This document shows, in pieces, positions 25,445 to 33,966 of a DNA stretch of 36,527 bases (position 1 is its first letter; every line of letters begins with the position of its first letter). The notes beneath the pieces were generated by a model, which made no database searches, was not told the origin of the DNA, and worked only from the letters and a program-made list of their open reading frames with translations. Position numbers and translations under genes: made by a program. Origin of the DNA: a virus (Duplodnaviria; Heunggongvirae; Uroviricota; Caudoviricetes); the IMG/VR virus record IMGVR_UViG_3300033068_000287, positions 85,498 to 122,024 of that record; one strand, 5' to 3'.

Positions 25445-25987
25445 ATGAAAACTAAAATGTCACGACTACTAATGCTAGGCATGGCTGCTTTTGCTCTTGT
25501 TATGATGCTAACCACTATGGCTAACGCACAAGAGTTTAAACCGTATGTCGGCGTAGACTATCAATATACACAACTAAATGATGTAACTTCCGGCGAAGAC
25601 AATCTGAAATCCGGCAATCTACACATTGGTACCAAAGTACACCAAAATCTAGGCTTTGAAGCCGGTGTTTCCAAAAGCGTAGCAGAAGTTACAGCAGGAT
25701 CAAAAGTTGATCTAACTGTATATAATGTTGATGCGATTGGCTATCTACCAGTTACACAAAAACTTGATCTATTAGGTACAGTTGGTGTTACATATACCAT
25801 TCTTGATAGCAATACTGTAGCTTCAGAAAACGAATATGGTTATGCAGTTGGTACAGGCGTTTCTTATGCCCTTACTGATAAAGTAGCTGTACGTTCTTTG
25901 ATTCGCTACGAAGACACTGATTTGAATACCATCGGTTCTAATGATGGCGCATTTAAATACACTGTTGGTGCAAACTACAGTTTCTAA
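25445..25987 (+). CDS. outer-membrane 8-stranded beta-barrel protein (OmpA-TM/porin family)
   Basis: Signal peptide ending ANA-QE; PYVG.DY, GFEAG, YAVGTGVSY, VRSLIRY, terminal GANYSF (BAM beta-signal); TAAGGA RBS. Confidence 0.85.
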   Translation: MKTKMSRLLMLGMAAFALVMMLTTMANAQEFKPYVGVDYQYTQLNDVTSGEDNLKSGNLHIGTKVHQNLGFEAGVSKSVAEVTAGSKVDLTVYNVDAIGYLPVTQKLDLLGTVGVTYTILDSNTVASENEYGYAVGTGVSYALTDKVAVRSLIRYEDTDLNTIGSNDGAFKYTVGANYSF

Positions 25988-26001
25988 TGCCAGTTGGCCT
26001 C

Positions 26002-26032
26002 GGAAGGTAGGGTAATTCCTACCTTCCATTTT
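26002..26032 (+). terminator. intrinsic terminator
   Basis: GGAAGGTAGG-GTAATT-CCTACCTTCC followed by ATTTT. Confidence 0.75.
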
Positions 26033-26062
26033 ATAAAACCTATTTTAGAAATTTTATATATT

Positions 26063-26614
26063 ATGAATATTTTTTATCTAGACACTTCCGCAGAAATTGC
26101 AGCAAGAATGCAACATAACAGACATGTTGTTAAAATGATTGTAGAAACTGCGCAACTATTGTGTACAGCACATAGAGTCATAGATGGTGAATTAAAAACC
26201 GTTACAGTTAACGGTAAAGAAAAATCAAAATGGATTCATCCAGACCTCGAATATCATAATGCTTTATATAGAGCAACACACATTAATCATCCAAGTGCAA
26301 TTTGGGCTAGACAATCTTCAGCGAATTATAATTGGCTGTATAGACATTTTCTTGCACTTATGACAGAATATACTTACAGATATGGAAAGAATCATAAATG
26401 TGAATATTTGATTCCATATCTAGCAAATCATCCAGAAGATATTTCATTGAATATTTTCACGGTTCCTCCACAATGTATGCCTGACGATGTTAAAGACGAA
26501 CACGACACGGTTAAAGCGTATAGAAATTACTATAACAAATATAAGAAATTTGCAAAAAACGGCAGCGAAAATAAATTTACCCCTAGGAATAAACCGGAGT
26601 GGCTAACATGGTAA
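26063..26614 (+). CDS. pyrimidine-dimer DNA glycosylase-family protein (DenV-related Pyr_excise family)
   Basis: Start ATG 26063: MNIFYLD...A....HVVKMI.E.AQLL.TAH; Y.ATH.NHPSAIWAR; PPQCMPD...AYR.YY. Confidence 0.75.
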   Translation: MNIFYLDTSAEIAARMQHNRHVVKMIVETAQLLCTAHRVIDGELKTVTVNGKEKSKWIHPDLEYHNALYRATHINHPSAIWARQSSANYNWLYRHFLALMTEYTYRYGKNHKCEYLIPYLANHPEDISLNIFTVPPQCMPDDVKDEHDTVKAYRNYYNKYKKFAKNGSENKFTPRNKPEWLTW

Positions 26615-27546
26615 GTATCGTAAGTATTTCAGAAAAATTGTATATCGGAATTGCTGATGATAAAGGATTCGATACAGTATCAAATCCGAAAGCATTTATT
26701 ACTCCATTTGAAAAAGATGATAAAGCATTTCAAAAACGAAAAGAGACTGTTGATAATTGGTCAAGTTATTGTGACTATGAAACAGGAACAAGAATAGAAC
26801 ATAAAGGATTCCTAACATATATTGACAACATTGCGCAGACTGGATTTTCTATCAAATCCTATGTTAGTCGGTATTCAACTTCAAATAAGTTTGTAGAAGT
26901 TACTGATCCTAGAGGATTTACACTAGAAATTTCTATTGAGAATTTGGTAGATTTAATGCAAATCTGTACCATCAAGAATGGTGTTATTTTAGAAAGTTGT
27001 GTTTGGGGTAGAGCAAATAATAGTTGTTATCTTGTTCCAGTCACCAGCGAAACATATAGATTATCTAAGTCAGAAAAAGTTACGCTTAGTGACTTAAAGG
27101 TTGGCGATAGAATTATTTGTGCTAAATCTGGAAGTCTAGGTTTTGTGTATTTGGGTAAAAAATACGTTACAGTGATTAATCGCACCGACACCCTTGTCAA
27201 TGGTAAACTTCCAGGAGCGAATCGTCATGTCGAATACACATATGACGCAGTTCCTGTAACTCCTAAAGCTATTCATTGTTTCTATGGCGGTAAAAAAAGT
27301 AACAGATATGGCGCTTATTGGGTTGATAAATTATACCCAGAAAAAACAGTGACAGTCCAAGCCTTAATGGAACGAAATGTTGATGTTTCTGATTTATTAG
27401 CAGACGGAAAAATGTTTGATCTTAGTTATGATTATCCAACAGCAAAATATGCATCATATGCGGTAATATCAGATGATTTATACGCAGCAGAAGCTGTAGA
27501 CACAGACGCAATTATTAAAACACTACCAAAGGACAATCTTAAATGA
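26599..27546 (+). CDS. conserved phage hypothetical protein (start may be 26608)
   Basis: KRKETVD.W...N....GF.I...V.DPRGF.LEISIENL..L....I..G.I...CVW pattern. Confidence 0.7.
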   Translation: MANMVSIVSISEKLYIGIADDKGFDTVSNPKAFITPFEKDDKAFQKRKETVDNWSSYCDYETGTRIEHKGFLTYIDNIAQTGFSIKSYVSRYSTSNKFVEVTDPRGFTLEISIENLVDLMQICTIKNGVILESCVWGRANNSCYLVPVTSETYRLSKSEKVTLSDLKVGDRIICAKSGSLGFVYLGKKYVTVINRTDTLVNGKLPGANRHVEYTYDAVPVTPKAIHCFYGGKKSNRYGAYWVDKLYPEKTVTVQALMERNVDVSDLLADGKMFDLSYDYPTAKYASYAVISDDLYAAEAVDTDAIIKTLPKDNLK

Positions 27547-27821
27547 CAAATTTTAAACCACTAAATGACCGAATTCTAATTGAAATGGCACCAAAGGAAG
27601 GTATCGTTAACGGTATTGTTCGCATTCAAGAAACTAGACCGCAATACGGCTGGGTTCTTGCTGTTGGTCCTAAAGCTAAAGATGTAAAAGTTGGAGATAA
27701 AATCCAATTTGCTCTTGGTGCATTCCAGCCCATTAAAGGCTCTCTTGTTGGTTTGACAGACGAAAAAGACTATGCTATTCTAGAAGAAAAGGTAATTATT
27801 GGAGTATACGATAATGACTAA
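27543..27821 (+). CDS. groES: GroES-like co-chaperonin
   Basis: FKPLNDRILI, G.VLAVGP, VKVGDK, Y.IL.E..IIGV. Confidence 0.85.
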   Translation: MTNFKPLNDRILIEMAPKEGIVNGIVRIQETRPQYGWVLAVGPKAKDVKVGDKIQFALGAFQPIKGSLVGLTDEKDYAILEEKVIIGVYDND

Positions 27822-28029
27822 ACCAAACGAATTTTTTAATAAAAAATATTCTGATGAAAGTTCTGTTGATATCGTCCAAGATATTGAATGGGCGATGGAG
27901 GAAATCGCAGACGAACTAGAGTATAACGATGATGGATTTGCTAACGGAACGTTTACTGTAACGATTACCTATAATCCAGAAATTCCACAAGAAACAAAAG
28001 ACTTAAAACATTTTTTTGACGGTGAATAG
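27814..28029 (+). CDS. hypothetical acidic protein
   Basis: GGAG RBS; start 27814. Confidence 0.55.
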   Translation: MTKPNEFFNKKYSDESSVDIVQDIEWAMEEIADELEYNDDGFANGTFTVTITYNPEIPQETKDLKHFFDGE

Positions 28030-28031
28030 TA

Positions 28032-28433
28032 ATGACTGAACTAATTAAAAATCCTGTACTATATGTTTTGATGCGTACTGATATGCATTCTATGAATGCT
28101 GGTAAAGGTATGGCACAAGCATGTCATGCAGCGAATCAAATGGTTCATGGAATCTCTGATAAAACATTGCTGGCCGCATGGCAAAAACAAGGCAAAGGTT
28201 TCGGTACAACAATTGTATTGGATGCAGGGTCTATTGAAAACATTCACAATATTATAGAGAATTGTTTTCAAGCAGGATCGAACGATTGTGGAACTGTTAA
28301 AGACACATCATACCCAATTCGTGATGGTTCAGTAACTCACTTGCTGCCTGTTGATACTTGTGGTTATGTCTTTGCTGATAGAGACGCACGATTCGTCAAA
28401 GATTATCTAAGCATTTTGCCACTACACCGTTAA
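28032..28433 (+). CDS. peptidyl-tRNA hydrolase PTH2-family protein
   Basis: LYVLMRTDM.SMNAGK..AQACHA, W..QG..T.VL, V.D. Confidence 0.7.
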   Translation: MTELIKNPVLYVLMRTDMHSMNAGKGMAQACHAANQMVHGISDKTLLAAWQKQGKGFGTTIVLDAGSIENIHNIIENCFQAGSNDCGTVKDTSYPIRDGSVTHLLPVDTCGYVFADRDARFVKDYLSILPLHR

Positions 28434-28456
28434 TATGTAAATCATTAAAACGAAAT

Positions 28457-28487
28457 AAAATTAGGCAGTTTATTATTGCCTAATTTT
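28457..28487 (+). terminator. inverted repeat / terminator overlapping the downstream -35 box
   Basis: AAAATTAGGCAG-TTTATTA-TTGCCTAATTTT. Confidence 0.6.
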
Positions 28488-28503
28488 TAATTTGTGATAT
28501 ACT
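28476..28503 (+). promoter_or_regulatory. sigma70-type early promoter
   Basis: TTGCCT (28476-28481), 16 nt, TG-a-TATACT (28498-28503). Confidence 0.65.
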
Positions 28504-28510
28504 TTATACC

Positions 28511-28723
28511 ATGAATGAAAAAGATTTAGTAAAGAAAATTGCCCATGCCGTAGCGAAAGCCAGATACCAAGCTATCTATGGCTGGACGGACGAACAGGTA
28601 GAAACTTTTTGGAATAATCCAAAATCAAATTTTTTTAATAAAGATGAATATCTGGAAGCTGCTAAAGTAGCACTTGACGTAATTCTGCAATATCAGAAAG
28701 AACAAAATAATGACAATTCATAA
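28511..28723 (+). CDS. hypothetical protein
   Basis: 70 aa; first gene after the promoter. Confidence 0.6.
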   Translation: MNEKDLVKKIAHAVAKARYQAIYGWTDEQVETFWNNPKSNFFNKDEYLEAAKVALDVILQYQKEQNNDNS

Positions 28724-29918
28724 TAGAATGATGAAAGCAACGGACACAGCATTTAAATCTCTGCATAAGTTGTTTAGTGATAATGGCAAATCATTGTGGA
28801 TGGTTGGTGGTGCTGTAAGGGATTTGCAGTCTGGCAATGGTTTTCCTATGGATATTGATTTTTGTACTGATGCTACACCAGACGAAATGAAAGCTATGGT
28901 CAATGATAACTATGGCTGGAAACTGTTCGAAACAGGAATTTCACATGGTACAGTTACATTTATGTCATTGTTGGGATGTTTTGAAATCACAACTTTGCGC
29001 AAGGATGTTGAGTGTAATGGCCGCCATGCGTCTGTTGAATTTACTACATCTTTGAAAGAAGATGCATCCAGACGCGATTTTACATTTAATGCCATGTATA
29101 TGGACATTGATGGTAAAATTTATGACTTTTTTGATGGCCAAACTGATTTGGATAATCAAAAAGTTAAATTTATCGGAAACGCAGAAGATCGTATTAAAGA
29201 AGATGCTTTGCGCATTCTGCGCTATTTCCGCTTTCTGTCTGAATACAATAACTATGATGAAGCAGACTTTGACGCAGTTAAAGCAAATATTAAATTGCTA
29301 GAAGGTGTTTCTGTAGAACGTATTTGGTCGGAAATTTCAAAGGCTGCATGTAAAAATCCAATAAAAATGTCGTCATTTTTTGATTTTATGATTTTGTCTG
29401 GTTCTATGGAAATTCTTGGAATTCCTGTCAGCAAGGACATTAATATTAGCCGTATGAGAGATATCTATTCGACCCGAGGCGAATATCCTGCTATTTTTCC
29501 AGAATTCTTCATGGCAGCAATTTTGCCTGATCCTATCGCAACTTCTAATTTCTGTGATAAGTTTAAAGTATCGAATACTGGCAGAGAAAGAATGATGTGG
29601 TTCAGTAATATGATTGACCGCTATGGTCATAAAGACAGTAAAAACTATTTTGGACCTGATGCAGTAAAAGAGCATATGTATATGGACGGAGATCGTCCTG
29701 AACATTTGCAAGCATTTGCCTCATTTTATGGTGACAGGTTTCTGGAAGAAAGCATTAATCATATTCCTAGACTGAAATTTCCAGTAACAGGTCAAGATTT
29801 GCTGGATAAAGGTTTTACTCCTGGACCGCATATTGGTGAAAAACTGGCTAAAATGAAAAAACGCTGGAAAGTTTCAGATTACACAGCTACGAAAGAACAG
29901 CTAATAAATAGAATTTAA
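28710..29918 (+). CDS. cca: CCA-adding tRNA nucleotidyltransferase (class II)
   Basis: VGGAVRD, DIDF.TDATP, EITTLRKD, DA.RRDFT.NAMY, RI.EDALRILRYFRF, ERIW.E, FPVTG.DL...G..PGP.IG. Confidence 0.92.
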   Translation: MTIHNRMMKATDTAFKSLHKLFSDNGKSLWMVGGAVRDLQSGNGFPMDIDFCTDATPDEMKAMVNDNYGWKLFETGISHGTVTFMSLLGCFEITTLRKDVECNGRHASVEFTTSLKEDASRRDFTFNAMYMDIDGKIYDFFDGQTDLDNQKVKFIGNAEDRIKEDALRILRYFRFLSEYNNYDEADFDAVKANIKLLEGVSVERIWSEISKAACKNPIKMSSFFDFMILSGSMEILGIPVSKDINISRMRDIYSTRGEYPAIFPEFFMAAILPDPIATSNFCDKFKVSNTGRERMMWFSNMIDRYGHKDSKNYFGPDAVKEHMYMDGDRPEHLQAFASFYGDRFLEESINHIPRLKFPVTGQDLLDKGFTPGPHIGEKLAKMKKRWKVSDYTATKEQLINRI

Positions 29919-29930
29919 CGAGGTATGAAT

Positions 29931-30101
29931 ATGAGACCATTACATGGCGAGATTACAAGACTATCTGGCAGAAAGTCTGAATGTGGATTTGGATGTTGTA
30001 GAATGTTTTCTAGATTTGCTAAACATAGATGTAGAAATCGCAACAACGGTAAATCCTCTGTCCGAGGTAAAGTAAAAAGAGATATACAAAAGGAAGTCTA
30101 A
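29931..30101 (+). CDS. small basic Cys-containing protein (56 aa; not in ORF track)
   Basis: GAGGT RBS; MRPLHGEITRLSGRKSECGFGCCRMF... Confidence 0.5.
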   Translation: MRPLHGEITRLSGRKSECGFGCCRMFSRFAKHRCRNRNNGKSSVRGKVKRDIQKEV

Positions 30102-30526
30102 TGAACACTAATATTCCAGAGGGAATGATTCTTGTTCCCGAAAAAGAATTTAATGAATTTGTTAATTCATGCAAAAAAGTTGAGAAATTCTTTGAGAGTT
30201 ATTTCTCTGATTCTGATTTTGATCGTGATGGATATTTGTCTGGTGTAGAAGCTGATTTTTCTGTAAGTCTGTTTGATCTTATGTATAAGGTGACAACAAA
30301 CCCTAGTGTTATGTCTGTAAAAATAGATGCTGTAGGGGATTGGTTTGTAGCGACAAGCGAAGACTTTACAAGTTTAATGGTATCGCACCCAAATCTACCA
30401 GACCTTTTGGCAGATTTACCTACTGCGATCAAAACCTTATACAAATTTCAGTACGGAACGAATGTCGAAGTTGTAGCAACAGAACAATCTATTCCTGACG
30501 ATATTCAGGATGGTGGACATTTTTAA
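30101..30526 (+). CDS. hypothetical protein with C-terminal DUF1902/HicB-like motif
   Basis: WFVATSEDF..L......L..L...LP..I..L. Confidence 0.5.
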   Translation: MNTNIPEGMILVPEKEFNEFVNSCKKVEKFFESYFSDSDFDRDGYLSGVEADFSVSLFDLMYKVTTNPSVMSVKIDAVGDWFVATSEDFTSLMVSHPNLPDLLADLPTAIKTLYKFQYGTNVEVVATEQSIPDDIQDGGHF

Positions 30527-30569
30527 CCTTTATTAATAAACAACGCAATAATATTACCCATTTTTTCTA

Positions 30570-30601
30570 TTGATCTAATGGACTTTCTCATGTACTATAA
30601 T
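30570..30601 (+). promoter_or_regulatory. probable sigma70-type early promoter
   Basis: TTGATC, 17 nt, TACTAT, with an overlapping TATAAT at 30596-30601, in an intergenic gap. Confidence 0.45.
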
Positions 30602-30635
30602 CTTAACGCTAACGATTACAGAGAAAGACAAGATC

Positions 30636-30947
30636 ATGACAACAGTAGCAAACACAATCTACCAACAACTGGGCGCAAACAAATTTGTTGCCATGACAGG
30701 TGCTAAACAATTTCTTGATCTTGGTAATGGTATTTCTTTTAAGATTGGTCGTAACGGCAAAGGCGTTAACTATGTTAAAATTACATTGAACGGCTCTGAT
30801 TTGTATGATGTAAAATATCAGCGTGTTTCACAGTGCAAGAAAACATGCGAAATCAAAATTAAAACAATTGCAGAATCTAACGGTCTGTATGCAGATATGC
30901 TTCAAACAGACTTCACAGCAAACACTGAACTTTATACGAGGTTGTAA
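30636..30947 (+). CDS. conserved phage early hypothetical protein
   Basis: ANTIYQQLG.NKF.AMTGAK...VKITL..SDLYD pattern. Confidence 0.7.
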   Translation: MTTVANTIYQQLGANKFVAMTGAKQFLDLGNGISFKIGRNGKGVNYVKITLNGSDLYDVKYQRVSQCKKTCEIKIKTIAESNGLYADMLQTDFTANTELYTRL

Positions 30948-30948
30948 G

Positions 30949-31080
30949 ATGATTACAGTTATTACCAAACAAGAAAAGGTCTATACCACCAGATTGAAAC
31001 AGTCTGCCGACCATTACACCATAACACGATTTAAGCTGTTTGGAATTACAGTCTTAAAAATTATGAATAGGATTAATTAG
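30949..31080 (+). CDS. hypothetical 43-aa protein
   Basis: GAGG upstream; stop abuts the next ATG. Confidence 0.4.
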   Translation: MITVITKQEKVYTTRLKQSADHYTITRFKLFGITVLKIMNRIN

Positions 31081-31626
31081 ATGATTACCGTAACAGATAT
31101 CCAAACAGCATTTGACAAACAAAAACAATTTGATTTTGTCATTAGTCTGATTGATACCGATTGGCATAATGAAGACCATAGACAAGAATTTATGTCAAAG
31201 ATGCGCCCAAAGTTGTGGAGGGTTATGAGGTTTGAAGACGTTATAAACCCTGATGCGGTGGACGCTCCAACAGAACATAATATTCAAGAGTTATTGAATA
31301 TTTGGCAGGAACTATCTGATATCAAAGTCCGTTGTGGCGAACCACCACTAACCGAACAGAACGTTCTAGTCCACTGTCATGGAGGAATTGCACGTTCTAC
31401 AGCATTAACCATTATTTTGTTTATTAAGTTCTTTGGAATGACCGTTCCAGAAGCATTTGAAAAAATGTTAGAGATTCGTCCACAAATGTGGCCTAATGAC
31501 TTGATTTTATCTCATGGTGATGCTATACTAAAGCTAAATGGAGAACTCATTGCTTTTGATAAGGCATGGAAAAAAGAAAATCTAGGCAAATTCTGGATTA
31601 GTCCTCCAGTCAGAATTAAACCATAA
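31081..31626 (+). CDS. Cys-based (tyrosine/dual-specificity-like) phosphatase
   Basis: LVHCHGGIARSTA (CX5R), FEDV acid loop, IRP..WPN. Confidence 0.85.
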   Translation: MITVTDIQTAFDKQKQFDFVISLIDTDWHNEDHRQEFMSKMRPKLWRVMRFEDVINPDAVDAPTEHNIQELLNIWQELSDIKVRCGEPPLTEQNVLVHCHGGIARSTALTIILFIKFFGMTVPEAFEKMLEIRPQMWPNDLILSHGDAILKLNGELIAFDKAWKKENLGKFWISPPVRIKP

Positions 31627-31648
31627 AACACGAAAGAATTATTATATT

Positions 31649-32218
31649 ATGCAATACAGACCAAAAACATTTCTAGCTTCAGACCACCATTTTTTCCACC
31701 AGAAAATCCTTGATTTTGGAATTCGTGGTAAAGTATGGAACAACATTGAAGATCACAATGAAGCACTGATTAATAACCATAACAGTGTTGTTGGTGTTGA
31801 CGATAAAGTATATTTTGGTGGCGATTTGATCTTGGGCGTTGATAGCGCCACAATTGCACTAAAAAATGCTTTGAATGATACAGTTGGCAGAATGAATGGT
31901 AAAAAATATTTGCTATTGGGTAACCACTGTACTCCAGCAAAAGTGGAAACATATGTCAACTCTGGACTTTTTGCCGGTGTTTGTGGACATTGGTTGTTTG
32001 GTGTTGATATTTTCTTTTGTCATGTTCCTGTCCATACTTCACAAATGGGCCGCTGGAAAGTAAACATTCACGGCCATACTCATGAAAGCAATACCAAAAT
32101 TCAAGGAACAGAGAATAATGATCTTAGATACTTTAACGTATCTATGGAAAACATTAACTATATTCCTGTAGAATTGTCCGCAGTTAAACAAATCATGCGA
32201 GATAGAGGGATTCTATAA
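31649..32218 (+). CDS. calcineurin-like metallophosphoesterase
   Basis: SDHHFFH, D.VYFGGD, GNH, H.P, NIHGHTH, NVS.E...Y.P. Confidence 0.88.
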   Translation: MQYRPKTFLASDHHFFHQKILDFGIRGKVWNNIEDHNEALINNHNSVVGVDDKVYFGGDLILGVDSATIALKNALNDTVGRMNGKKYLLLGNHCTPAKVETYVNSGLFAGVCGHWLFGVDIFFCHVPVHTSQMGRWKVNIHGHTHESNTKIQGTENNDLRYFNVSMENINYIPVELSAVKQIMRDRGIL

Positions 32219-32220
32219 TC

Positions 32221-32430
32221 ATGCTGTTCTTTTTTCTTTACTTAATATCTGGCATCCTGTATACTGAATATCAGTGCAAGTTGGTTAAAATTCTTTATCC
32301 AGAAGTTGGAGCAAAGATTACTTGGATTAGCAAAACTGCTATCTTTGTTTTTTGGCCGCTGCTGTTTGTTATTTCAGTTGCCGAAATCATTATTCGCGTT
32401 TTGATCTATATTACCACAGGAAAAAAATAA
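32221..32430 (+). CDS. small membrane protein
   Basis: Hydrophobic segments; FWP motif. Confidence 0.55.
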   Translation: MLFFFLYLISGILYTEYQCKLVKILYPEVGAKITWISKTAIFVFWPLLFVISVAEIIIRVLIYITTGKK

Positions 32431-32431
32431 A

Positions 32432-32761
32432 ATGACTTCTGATTTTGATGATTTTATGATGATGGGGCCTATGGTGTCTAGTTCTTTTGCGCCTATCAGA
32501 ATCAGAAAACCACAATTGACGGAAGAACAAAAAAAGATTCTTGACGATGAATGGAAAGAGCAATACGAAGCAGAAGTAGATTATCTAATAATGAGTAAAG
32601 ATTTACGAATGATGTTATGTACTGGAGCACTTGGAAAATTATTCGATTTATCCGATTATCCATATTATACATCGTTTACTCCTGCCCAATTGGCGAGACG
32701 TAAACTTGCCAAGATCATGGAAGATCAAGATTCTTATCTAAAGGCATCATCTCATGAATAG
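32432..32761 (+). CDS. FxDFM-family paralog 1
   Basis: MTSDFDDFMMM...DEWKEQYEAEVDYL...TPAQLA. Confidence 0.65.
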   Translation: MTSDFDDFMMMGPMVSSSFAPIRIRKPQLTEEQKKILDDEWKEQYEAEVDYLIMSKDLRMMLCTGALGKLFDLSDYPYYTSFTPAQLARRKLAKIMEDQDSYLKASSHE

Positions 32762-33017
32762 TTTTGCTGATTTTATGAATCTACCTGTTATTAATGCAAC
32801 GGCGCCTAAAATACCGTATGATACTTGGTTAGGCTCATATGAGGTTGCATTAATATCATTAATAGAGGACCATGAAGTTTCAGTTTTTGATTTTCTAATT
32901 AAAATACATGGCGAAATGGCCACTCCCAAATCGTATAAAAAGGTCCTTATGGAGTTTTATAATCTTGATGTTGATCCAAGTGTAGCAGCTAAGGCCGTAT
33001 TTGAAGAACATCAATAA
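32754..33017 (+). CDS. FxDFM-family paralog 2
   Basis: MNSFADFMNL...YDTWLGSYEVAL...DPSVAAKAVF. Confidence 0.65.
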   Translation: MNSFADFMNLPVINATAPKIPYDTWLGSYEVALISLIEDHEVSVFDFLIKIHGEMATPKSYKKVLMEFYNLDVDPSVAAKAVFEEHQ

Positions 33018-33027
33018 GAGAGTATAG

Positions 33028-33375
33028 ATGACAACAGAATTTAGTGATTTTATGTCTATGGAAATGCAGAACACTTCTGTTCCTGTACCTGAACCGAAAC
33101 TGGCCGTAGATAAAATGGTCAGTACAACCGTAAGTTTTGCTGATTGGTATAAAGAGTTTGAACTTAGACTTAGAGAATTATGTTCTAAGGATAAAATCCC
33201 TACGGAACCTTTATTGGCGGTAGCGACAAGATCAACGAATGTCCATGCGACAATTTCTCCTAAAGATTTTGTAAGGATGACTCTATATATTAAAGGCCAC
33301 AATCCAAAATTTTCTGCATACGCTATCTATAGTCAAGGTTCAGGATATATGACCTCTAGAAAGAAACCAAAATAA
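33028..33375 (+). CDS. FxDFM-family paralog 3
   Basis: MTTEFSDFMSM...FADWYKEFELRL...ISPKDFV. Confidence 0.65.
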   Translation: MTTEFSDFMSMEMQNTSVPVPEPKLAVDKMVSTTVSFADWYKEFELRLRELCSKDKIPTEPLLAVATRSTNVHATISPKDFVRMTLYIKGHNPKFSAYAIYSQGSGYMTSRKKPK

Positions 33376-33662
33376 TGACGAATGTTAACGAATTTGACGA
33401 TTTTATGACACTTAGTTTAAATACAGAAGTTGAACGGGGATGGACAGCAGCACCATTTCACGAATGGATGGATAGTGTTGATATTGAAGTGGCTAAATTA
33501 TGTGAGAAAAAAGGACTTAATGTAATTAGTTTTTATAACGTAGTTTTTGGCGAAGATGCGACCTCTGCCGATATTAACGGAGCATTGCACAGACGATATA
33601 TCGAAGATATCTCTCCAAAAAAGACCGCTATACAATTATATGATAGACATTATGATGATTAA
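33375..33662 (+). CDS. FxDFM-family paralog 4
   Basis: MTNVNEFDDFMTL...FHEWMDSVDIEV...ISPKKTAIQLY. Confidence 0.65.
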   Translation: MTNVNEFDDFMTLSLNTEVERGWTAAPFHEWMDSVDIEVAKLCEKKGLNVISFYNVVFGEDATSADINGALHRRYIEDISPKKTAIQLYDRHYDD

Positions 33663-33966
33663 TGAAGAACCTTTAAATTTTAATGATTTTATGGAACTAA
33701 CATGTTCTGTTGCAGATAATACTATGTCGTATGAAAATTGGTTGAAACAATTTCATTACGAACTATCTGTAATAAAACCTATACCTAAAAAGTTTAGATA
33801 TTTTATAACGAAAGATTTAGAAACAAATCAAACTATGCAAGCTGTATTATTGGGAGCATATCAGGCACATATCAGATATGCGGAGCATGGAACACCAAAG
33901 GTTATGGCAGCTAAAATATTAAGTCACTATAAACGACATAAAGAGGAACTAGGATTTACATCATGA
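33652..33966 (+). CDS. FxDFM-family paralog 5
   Basis: Likely start 33652 or 33655: MMINEEPLNFNDFMEL...YENWLKQFHYEL...TPKVMAAKIL. Confidence 0.65.
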   Translation: MMINEEPLNFNDFMELTCSVADNTMSYENWLKQFHYELSVIKPIPKKFRYFITKDLETNQTMQAVLLGAYQAHIRYAEHGTPKVMAAKILSHYKRHKEELGFTS

